Below are positions 20,269-27,783 of a stretch of DNA of 64,000 nucleotides, piece after piece. The first letter of the stretch is position 1. Every line of letters begins with the position of its first letter. The DNA comes from a candidate division WOR-3 bacterium (GTDB taxonomy: Bacteria; Hydrothermota; Hydrothermia; JBDRYB01), in contig JBDRYB010000008.1 in the NCBI GenBank assembly GCA_039803205.1, positions 1 to 64,000 of the forward strand. Reading direction: 5' to 3'. The notes under the pieces were generated by a model, which worked only from the letters and a program-made list of their open reading frames with translations, did no database searches and was not told where the DNA came from. Position numbers and translations under genes: made by a program.

Positions 20269-22356
20269 CTATTTGACATTGACATATATCAGGATGACAC
20301 CCTTATCCCCGGAGAAGTCCTCCATGGCTTTGCCGAGGATGGTTCCAGGCCTGTATATCTCAACGCCTCCGAGGTCAACCGGGGACGCCTTCATGGCGTA
20401 GCCAGGCGTAGATGATGTCGTGAGGAGGTCTCCCTTCTTTATTGCTCCGCCCTCTCCGGAGACCTTGCAGGGGACAAACCCTACAACGGCCATGGGCACC
20501 CCATCAGAGCCTTCTTCTGGTGAACCAGCAGTGAAGCCGGGCTGGGTGGAATAGATACCAGCAACCTTGGTAGAATAAGGCTCGGAGCATTTCTCCATGT
20601 AGACATCAGGCTTGTCTGATATGACAAGCACATCCCCTGGTTCGTATCCTGCCCTTTCGCCCTCAACAGAGACCATCTCGGCGAAGTCCGCTCCTCCGCT
20701 ATTCCAGGTGCCATCAGCGTAAGCATTTCCGTCTGTCATGAAGCGGAACTCGGCGTCACCGGGAGTAGTCCCTTCTAGAAGCAGGACCGTGTCGTTGGCA
20801 TTAGTAGTGTAGCCGTAAATAGCTGTGCCAGTATTTGAGTAGCCTACGATCCCATAGTGGGTAGCATAACCAAAGACCCCGTACCAGTTACCATTGCCAT
20901 AAACTCCGCAGTAGTTATTGCTCTGGCCCCAGACCCCGTAGAAACCACTACCCCAGACTCCAACATCGTTGTTGCTGGCATCTGTCACGCCCTTCACGCC
21001 CGTATCCCCGTCTGGGGTGTATGCATAGCCATAGACGCCAATGGTGCTAGCCTGGCCGATGACACCGTATTCGCCATAGCCCCATACCCCATGGTAGCCG
21101 AAGCCATAGACCCCGATGTCGGCCGCGCCGCCACCGCCGCTCGCCACGCCCTTCACTCCCGTATCCGCATCCGGGGTGGATACATAGCCATAGACACCCG
21201 TGTTTGTCCCTGTGCCATAAGCGCCTGTGCCATTCCCGCCTAGATACCCATAGTTGTTCGCGTCATACCGGCCAACGACACCATAGAGAGTTCCTGTGCC
21301 AAACGCGCCCACCTGGTTGCTACCCAGATACCCATAGTTGTTCGCGTCATACTGGCCATAGACCCCGTAGATGCCGCCCCAGCCAAAAACTCCGTAATTA
21401 TTCCCAGACCCGAAGACCCCGGTGGAATTGCTGAAACCGCCAACTCCGTGGCCGTTCGCGCCTATGTATCCATAGTTGTTCGCGTCATACTGGCCATATA
21501 CCCCATAGTTGGCGCTGTTCAGCTCTCCGCGTTTGCCAGAGGTTGAACCCGCGCGGCCTATCCCATTTATCCAGAAATCGGCGGCCTGAGCTGAGGCTAT
21601 TTGGTTCTGGATGTAGTTCCCTGGCCCGGGAACATTCCTGGCATAGTTAGCAGTATCAGAGTATATCACATGGTAGCCTTCCTGGGAATAGGCTGATGTG
21701 TCAGCGTGAGTTGCAGAGTCAGCGAGATGCGCGTGAGCTCCATCCAGAGACCAAGAGGCCGTGTCGGAATACCAGGAGAAGAGAACCGTGTCCGGTATGG
21801 TCGGCACATTCCTGGCGTAATCCGCTGTGTCCGAGTATATCACATGGTAGCCTTCGCTTGAATACCTGGCCGTGTCAGAATACCAGGAAAACAACACGGT
21901 ATCCGGGACAGGAGGGCTGTTCAGGGCATATTCCGCTGTGTCAGCCTTCTGGGCGTGGAATGCCTGGCCAACTGATACAAGGGCCTTCCTCGGCGAGAAT
22001 GTTTCTGTCCCCATTACTACCTCAAGCCAGAGGGTCTGGCCCGTGTAGAAAATGGTTGGAGGAAGTGGATTGTTTATCCCAAGCCTTGTGTCAAGTATTC
22101 CCTTTATGACCGGGACATCCGATTGGTTCTCTGTCCAAAGGAGGTTCCCTCCTGATGGAGCGTCATATATCCTGAAGGTGAAGTTCGCTGTCGTGTCCAG
22201 CGGTGTCGTATCCGACTTATGCGTTATGTATGCCTGATAGTTGATCGTGGTCGGCACGGACTTGTTGCCCTTGCCAATTGCCGGGTCGCCCGGCATCCCA
22301 AAGCCTGTTTTCGGGGCCACCCCCGCAAGGAGGAGGCCCACTATGAGTGAGTTCAT
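20269..22356 (-). CDS. Exported tail-fibre-like repeat protein with putative C-terminal autocleaving chaperone (peptidase G2-like)
   Basis: INYQ...GGNLLWTE N-domain; ADTA/SDTA repeats; many GVYG/GVFG repeats; C-terminal GADFAE...YEPGDVL...GDLLTTS...ILGKA. Confidence 0.7.
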   Translation of the reverse strand: MNSLIVGLLLAGVAPKTGFGMPGDPAIGKGNKSVPTTINYQAYITHKSDTTPLDTTANFTFRIYDAPSGGNLLWTENQSDVPVIKGILDTRLGINNPLPPTIFYTGQTLWLEVVMGTETFSPRKALVSVGQAFHAQKADTAEYALNSPPVPDTVLFSWYSDTARYSSEGYHVIYSDTADYARNVPTIPDTVLFSWYSDTASWSLDGAHAHLADSATHADTSAYSQEGYHVIYSDTANYARNVPGPGNYIQNQIASAQAADFWINGIGRAGSTSGKRGELNSANYGVYGQYDANNYGYIGANGHGVGGFSNSTGVFGSGNNYGVFGWGGIYGVYGQYDANNYGYLGSNQVGAFGTGTLYGVVGRYDANNYGYLGGNGTGAYGTGTNTGVYGYVSTPDADTGVKGVASGGGGAADIGVYGFGYHGVWGYGEYGVIGQASTIGVYGYAYTPDGDTGVKGVTDASNNDVGVWGSGFYGVWGQSNNYCGVYGNGNWYGVFGYATHYGIVGYSNTGTAIYGYTTNANDTVLLLEGTTPGDAEFRFMTDGNAYADGTWNSGGADFAEMVSVEGERAGYEPGDVLVISDKPDVYMEKCSEPYSTKVAGIYSTQPGFTAGSPEEGSDGVPMAVVGFVPCKVSGEGGAIKKGDLLTTSSTPGYAMKASPVDLGGVEIYRPGTILGKAMEDFSGDKGVILIYVNVK
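20960..21905 (-). repeat. Intragenic repeats of the fibre gene
   Basis: 2x PDTVLFSWYSDTA, 2x EGYHVIYSDTAxYARNVP, 3x YDANNYGY, 2x TPDxDTGVKGV, also conserved at DNA level; boundaries approximate. Confidence 0.8.
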
Positions 22357-22417
22357 GTTGAACCTCCAAAGGGTTCACAGCTGATAAAGTATAAAGCTTC
22401 TTTTAGGGATAAATACG

Positions 22418-22436
22418 CCTGTTACTCACCTGCTAC
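22418..22436. promoter_or_regulatory. 11-bp-period direct repeat upstream of the fibre gene
   Basis: CCTGTTAC-TCA-CCTGCTAC; minus-strand TATACT -10 at 22388-22393. Confidence 0.3.
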
Positions 22437-22531
22437 CATTTTGGTAATACTGCCTTAACACTGTTTCGGGTTTCGGTGATCCTATTTTTTGGGAGATAAT
22501 CAAACCTCCGCGGTAACCGGCCGCTGGCTTT

Positions 22532-22556
22532 GGACGCGGTGAGGGGCGCCCCCTAC
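22532..22556 (-). repeat. GTAG-type REP-like palindrome overlapping the ribH stop codon
   Basis: Minus strand GTAGGGGGCGC-CCCTCACC-GCGTCC; its TAG is the ribH stop. Confidence 0.45.
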
Positions 22557-23011
22557 AAGGCCTCAAAAAGGCTCATCATCTCCATGAGGTGGAGCGCGGC
22601 CAGCCGGCCCTTGTTGCCCTGCTTTCCCCCTGCCCTGTCAGTGGCCTGGTCCATCGTGTCAGCTGTGATCACACCAAAGCCCAGTGGAACAGAGTGTTCA
22701 AGCATTACCTTAGCGAGGCCCTTAGCTGTCTCAGCGGCAATGTAGTCAAAATGAGGGGTCTCGCCTCTTATTATGCAACCGAGCGCCAGGATGCCGTCAT
22801 AGCCTCCCTTCTCAGCGAGCCTCTTTGCCACAAGGGGAAGCTCAAAACTGCCCGGTGTCCAGAAAACATCAAGGTCTGCCTCGGCGGCCCCGTGTTGGAC
22901 GAGGGTCTCTGTCGCGCCCTCAAGGAGCCTTTTGCTTATGGCCTCGTTGAAGCGCGAGACTATTATCGCAACCCGCTTTCCCTTTGCTGAAACCTGTCCC
23001 CTCTTCTCCAT
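22553..23011 (-). CDS. ribH: 6,7-dimethyl-8-ribityllumazine synthase
   Basis: SRFN, PGSFELP, IRGETPHFDY, FGVIT, GNKG. Confidence 0.95.
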   Translation of the reverse strand: MEKRGQVSAKGKRVAIIVSRFNEAISKRLLEGATETLVQHGAAEADLDVFWTPGSFELPLVAKRLAEKGGYDGILALGCIIRGETPHFDYIAAETAKGLAKVMLEHSVPLGFGVITADTMDQATDRAGGKQGNKGRLAALHLMEMMSLFEAL

Positions 23012-23012
23012 T

Positions 23013-24203
23013 TCAGATCTCCTCTGGTTGGTCAAGTGGCCCTATGATGTGGCCCAAGTCATCCCTTTTTTTCAAAAGGTGTTCCAAGTTTTCCCTCCGG
23101 GGTCTCGGCTGAATGGGAACCCGCTCTGTTATGGTCAGGCCAAATCCCTCTATGCCCACCATCTTCCTGGGGTTGTTGGTAAGGAGCCTCATTGATGAGA
23201 CCCCAAGGTCCTTTAGTATCTGCGCTCCTGTGCCTATGTAGCGCTCAGCCTCGTCTCGTTCCTTGCTGAGGTAATCCGGATCAACATGCTCAAGTATCCT
23301 GGCAACTGTCCCGGATGAGCTTGGCTCCTGCCTAAGATAAACGAAAATCCCCCCTTCTTCGCCTATGCGAAACAGAGCCGCGTCCATCTGCTCCCTGCAA
23401 TCGCAGGTTACAGAACCGAACACATCCCCGACAGGGCATTCCCTCTGGACACGAACCAGGATGTTTCCCTCTATCCTGCCAGAAACCAGCGCGAGGTGAA
23501 CATCCCCCTTTATCTTGTCCTTGTATAGATACAGGACAAAGTCCCCCCACCTTGTTTTCACTGGCCTCACGAGGAGCCGTTCAACATATATCTCTCTGGC
23601 GAGACGGAACCTTATTATCTCGTCAACAGTGATTATCCTGAGGCCGTGGGCCTTTGCGATCTCGCTGAGCCTCGGGAGCCGGGCCATACTGCCATCCTCA
23701 TCCATTATCTCGCATATGACGGCCGCGGGATAAAGCCCAGATAACCTCGCTAGGTCAACGCCCGCCTCCGTGTGGCCAGCCCGTCTCAGGACGCCGCCCT
23801 CGGATGCTCTCAGGGTATAGAGGTGGCCAGGGCGAAGGAAATCCTCAGGGCCCCTTGTCTCATCCGCGGCCCAGCGCGCTGTCATTGCCCTCTCGTGAGC
23901 GGATGTGCCTGTTGTAACCTCCGAGGCGTCTATGGGGATACCAAAAGGGGTCCCCATCCGGGAGGTATTGGGAACAGGGAGACTGAGATCAAGCTCGTCA
24001 AACCTCGCTGGGTTGAGGGCGATGCAAACGAGACCGCCGCCTGCCCTCGCCATGAGGTTTATTATCTCAGGGGTTGCCTTCTCAGCCGCAACGACAAAAT
24101 CCCCCTCGTTCTCCCTGTCCTCATCATCAACGACGATGATAGGTCTTCCCTCTCTGAGGTCTTGGATAACCTCCTCAACTGAGGAAAATATCTTCTCGTT
24201 CAT
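23013..24203 (-). CDS. ribBA: DHBP synthase fused to a degenerate GTP cyclohydrolase II domain
   Basis: DDEDRENEGD, RPGH, RAGHTE intact; cyclohydrolase part has RVQRECP and QEPSSSG in place of RVHSEC and QEGRGIG. Confidence 0.88.
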   Translation of the reverse strand: MNEKIFSSVEEVIQDLREGRPIIVVDDEDRENEGDFVVAAEKATPEIINLMARAGGGLVCIALNPARFDELDLSLPVPNTSRMGTPFGIPIDASEVTTGTSAHERAMTARWAADETRGPEDFLRPGHLYTLRASEGGVLRRAGHTEAGVDLARLSGLYPAAVICEIMDEDGSMARLPRLSEIAKAHGLRIITVDEIIRFRLAREIYVERLLVRPVKTRWGDFVLYLYKDKIKGDVHLALVSGRIEGNILVRVQRECPVGDVFGSVTCDCREQMDAALFRIGEEGGIFVYLRQEPSSSGTVARILEHVDPDYLSKERDEAERYIGTGAQILKDLGVSSMRLLTNNPRKMVGIEGFGLTITERVPIQPRPRRENLEHLLKKRDDLGHIIGPLDQPEEI

Positions 24204-24441
24204 ATCTATGAGACCCCTGATAAAATCCCTCTAAGTTCCTTTTTCGTTCACGGGCATAGTCTAAGGTGCTAGCTCAAACTCTTTCAACTTCTGGTTCGGT
24301 TGCAGATCTTCCCCTCCAACCAGCTCGCGCCCTGTCTACCCCGTGGTTTGCCATCTGTATAGGAGCCTCGTGAACCTAGCGAGAAGGGGCAAAAGGCTCA
24401 TGTAGTTGAAAGGCCTTGGCCTCTTGCGCCAAAATATGCGC

Positions 24442-25878
24442 ATGAAGGACTTCGTCAAAATCGTTCTCGGTTTCCTGGAGCAGGAAAGGCCGGATTACGC
24501 TGATGTAAGGGTCGTTTCCACCAAAGAGGAAAGCATAACCGTAAAAAACGGCCAGGTTGATAGCCTCTCAGTCGGAGATGATAGTGGTTTCGGGGTTCGG
24601 GTCTTCATAAATGGGTTCATGGGGTTCGCTTCCAGCAATAGGCTTACCCCAGACGAGGCTGAGAGGGTTGTCCGGCGAGCCTCAGCAATGGCGAGGGCAT
24701 CGGCCATCCCAGGGGGCAAGAGATATGAGCTCGTGCACGAGGAACCCTCGGTTGGGACATATGCCACACCGATAAAGAAGGACCCGTTCTCGGTCCCAAT
24801 AGAGGAAAAGATAGGGCTCCTGGTAAAAATTGATGAGGCGCTTTCAAGGGAACCGGAGGTCAAGCTCCGCGTCTCTCATCTTCGTTTCATAAGGGACTAC
24901 AAGTTATTCGCTGATACGAGAGGCAGTTTCACCGAGCAGACGATATATCACGCTGGCTCTGGCTACACAGCGTTTGCGATGGATGGCGGGCTCCTCCAGC
25001 AGAGGTCTTATCCAGCGAGCCACGGAGGGAACATGCGCGCGGCAGGATGGGAGTTTGTGGAGGATCTTCAGCTCCTCGCTCACGCTGAGCGCGTCGCTTC
25101 AGAGGCCGCAGCGTTGCTCAAGGCGCAACCAGCCCCGGAGGGAGAGACGGATATCATAATAGGAACCCACCAGATGGCGCTCCAGGTTCACGAGTCCATA
25201 GGTCACGCGCTTGAATTGGACAGGGTTCTCGGATACGAGGCCTCTTATGCTGGAACGAGCTTCGCTACCCTTGAGAAACTGGGCAGTTTCAGGTATGGTT
25301 CGGAGCTCCTAAACATAGTCGCTGATACGAGAACTCCGGGCGGCCTGGGGACATACGGTTGGGATGATGAGGGCACATCCGCGAGGACAGAGCCGCTCAT
25401 AAAGGAGGGCATCCTCGTGAATTACCTCTCCTCAAAGGATACGGCTCCGGCTATCGGAAAGCCATCAACCGCCGCGGCCAGAGCCTCATCCTGGAACAGG
25501 ATACCGATAGTCCGCATGGTCAATGTCAGCATGCTTCCCGGGGACAAGAGCTTTGAGGAGCTCCTGGCAATGGTTGATGATGGGCTTTTCCTTGATACAA
25601 ATAGGTCCTGGTCAATAGACCAGAAACGCCTGAATTTCCAGTTCGGGACAGAGATAGGCTATCGGATAAGGAAGGGCAAGCTGGCCGAGATGGTCCGCAA
25701 CCCCATCTACACTGATATGACCCCGAAATTCTGGGCAAAGCTCACGGCACTCGGCAGGGATTGGGAGCTGTGGGGGATTCCTAACTGCGGTAAGGGCGAA
25801 CCAGGCCAAACCATGCGGGTTGGCCACGGGACAAGCCCATCGCTCTTCAGGGGGGTTAGGGTTGGGAACGCGGGCTAG
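24442..25878 (+). CDS. tldD: TldD/PmbA family metalloprotease (TldD type)
   Basis: GFGVRV, HESIGHALELD, DDEG, CGKGEPGQ. Confidence 0.9.
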   Translation: MKDFVKIVLGFLEQERPDYADVRVVSTKEESITVKNGQVDSLSVGDDSGFGVRVFINGFMGFASSNRLTPDEAERVVRRASAMARASAIPGGKRYELVHEEPSVGTYATPIKKDPFSVPIEEKIGLLVKIDEALSREPEVKLRVSHLRFIRDYKLFADTRGSFTEQTIYHAGSGYTAFAMDGGLLQQRSYPASHGGNMRAAGWEFVEDLQLLAHAERVASEAAALLKAQPAPEGETDIIIGTHQMALQVHESIGHALELDRVLGYEASYAGTSFATLEKLGSFRYGSELLNIVADTRTPGGLGTYGWDDEGTSARTEPLIKEGILVNYLSSKDTAPAIGKPSTAAARASSWNRIPIVRMVNVSMLPGDKSFEELLAMVDDGLFLDTNRSWSIDQKRLNFQFGTEIGYRIRKGKLAEMVRNPIYTDMTPKFWAKLTALGRDWELWGIPNCGKGEPGQTMRVGHGTSPSLFRGVRVGNAG

Positions 25879-26645
25879 TCAACGAGCCACCTGAGTAGGG
25901 GTTCTCTCTGCAGATAAATGTCGGCCGTGGCTGACGGGTATGTGGGATCAGCACTTTTGTATTCCGTTATCACCATCTTTCCAAAGTGATCCCCTGTTCC
26001 AACAGCATTGTCAGGGCCAGCATCAATCCAGAATATCCCTATCATACCCTCGGTGAGCCTCGAGTCGTGAGGGAGATCGGGGAAATATGAACCGGGCGGA
26101 GGGGCTATCTTTATAGCGCTCAGGCTATCCGAGCTCAGGGCAAACCGCGCGCCCAGCTGGGGGTTCCAGCCCCCCTCTCCGCTCCAGTTGGTGTAAAACC
26201 TCGCGGTGTCTGCCGCGTCATCATTCATATACCAGGCCGCGCTGAGCTTATCCTTGGAGCCAACCGGAATCGCGCTACCTGCTGTATCAAACAACACGAG
26301 CCAGGGGTGGCTTGTGTCAGGGTCCCTCTTTGACCATATCTTCACGCTGAGGCTCGGCACGAGCTCAAAACTCAGACTGGCGGAGGAATCCGTGCCAACA
26401 GCGCTCACGCTTATGCTCTTACAAGGCACTGATACCGTGTATGTGGTCTCCTTTATCCCTGCTACGGAATCCCCATCAACCTCTATCCTGTAATAATCAG
26501 CGCCCTCAATCTCGTCCCAATTGAGCTGAACCGCGCCACCATCATCTACAACCTCGTATCTGAGGTTCAGGGGGCCAGGCTCCTTCGGACTGCACGCTGT
26601 TGCCCATGCAAGGCCGATCAAACAAGCACCGTATATCCCTCTCAT
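25875..26645 (-). CDS. Lipoprotein with Fn3-like N-terminal domain
   Basis: Lipobox ATAC, GGAGG RBS, PLNL...VQLNWD...YYRI. Confidence 0.7.
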   Translation of the reverse strand: MRGIYGACLIGLAWATACSPKEPGPLNLRYEVVDDGGAVQLNWDEIEGADYYRIEVDGDSVAGIKETTYTVSVPCKSISVSAVGTDSSASLSFELVPSLSVKIWSKRDPDTSHPWLVLFDTAGSAIPVGSKDKLSAAWYMNDDAADTARFYTNWSGEGGWNPQLGARFALSSDSLSAIKIAPPPGSYFPDLPHDSRLTEGMIGIFWIDAGPDNAVGTGDHFGKMVITEYKSADPTYPSATADIYLQREPLLRWLVD

Positions 26646-26688
26646 CTGTAAACCTCCCTGTGTTGGATCAATATGTTAAATCAGAGGC

Positions 26689-27783
26689 TCACCTGGAGGC
26701 AAGCCCTCCCTTTGCCCATATGTAGCAAGTCCCTTCAACCGAGACCATGCAAGGGCCATAGGGATTATCTGGTCTGCACGAGGACATGAAAAGGGGACAG
26801 TCCGTTGGGTATGCCCTCCCAGTGACAACCAGGCCACATGAACATCCTGGAGGCATGTCCTCCGAGTGCTCGTGATAATCAATCCCGAACCTACGCCTCG
26901 CGTCAAGCTTCTCGAACTCCTCCCTGAGGAACAAGCCGGAATCCGGAACCATGCCCAGGCCGCGCCAGAAGGTTCCCTTGAGCTCAAAGACCCTCGCCAT
27001 CATGCTTTGGGCGGCCCTGTTACCCTCGTTCTTCACGACCCTCTTGTATTCATTATGAAGAAGGGCCTCCCCAGAGAGAATGTCCCTGAGCAGGATGATC
27101 ACGCCAAAGAGCACATCCAGAGGCTCAAAGCCAGCTACGACCGTCGGAATGCCGTATTTCTCCGGGAAGGCGGACCAGCCGGACGCCCCTATTATTGAAG
27201 AGACATGGCCTGGCGCGATTATCCCCCGAAGGGGCACGCCATCCTTTATCAACGCCTCAACCGCGGGAGGCGTGAGCCTGTGGGATGTGAGAACCGAGAA
27301 GTTCTCCGGCGGTTCGGAGAGAATGAGAGCCGCGGTGGGCGCGGCTGTTGTCTCAAAGCCTATTGCGAAGAAGACAACCTCCCTCTCCGGGTTCTCGCGG
27401 GCAATCTTTACGGCATCAAGGCCAGAATAAACGATCCGGACATCAGCCCCCCGAGCCTTCGCGTCCCCGAGGGAACCATAGGGCGTGACATCCCTGATCA
27501 TGTCCCCGAATGTGCAGAGAATAGCGCCACGCCCCGCTATCTCAATCGCTTCCCTGACCTCCTGGGAGGACGCGACGCAGACGGGACAGCCAGGCCCCGA
27601 TACAAGCTCAATATTCTTAGGCAGAAGCGGCCTCAGTCCCCACCTGACGAGGGTGTGCTCGTGCGAGCCACACACATGCATGAGTTTTATGGGCCCCGGT
27701 AATTTCCTGGCAAGGGACTCTATTTCCCGGAGGGCCTCATCAACGCGTTCTTTTTTGCGGAACTCGGAGAGAGGGCCGCTCAT
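26689..27783 (-). CDS. hypD: [NiFe]-hydrogenase maturation factor HypD
   Basis: HVCGSH, GPGCPVC, GFETT, PGHVS, GFEP, C-terminal Fe-S cysteines and GPCMVSVEGTC. Confidence 0.95.
   Translation of the reverse strand: MSGPLSEFRKKERVDEALREIESLARKLPGPIKLMHVCGSHEHTLVRWGLRPLLPKNIELVSGPGCPVCVASSQEVREAIEIAGRGAILCTFGDMIRDVTPYGSLGDAKARGADVRIVYSGLDAVKIARENPEREVVFFAIGFETTAAPTAALILSEPPENFSVLTSHRLTPPAVEALIKDGVPLRGIIAPGHVSSIIGASGWSAFPEKYGIPTVVAGFEPLDVLFGVIILLRDILSGEALLHNEYKRVVKNEGNRAAQSMMARVFELKGTFWRGLGMVPDSGLFLREEFEKLDARRRFGIDYHEHSEDMPPGCSCGLVVTGRAYPTDCPLFMSSCRPDNPYGPCMVSVEGTCYIWAKGGLASR

Noticed and set aside
24231..24233. Genome-wide stop-codon recoding or pyrrolysine use
   Set aside because: TAG, TGA and TAA all end conserved genes at the expected positions, and RF1 is intact
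24204..24405. FMN riboswitch upstream of ribBA
   Set aside because: No AGGGCGGGGTGAAATTCCC-like core on either strand
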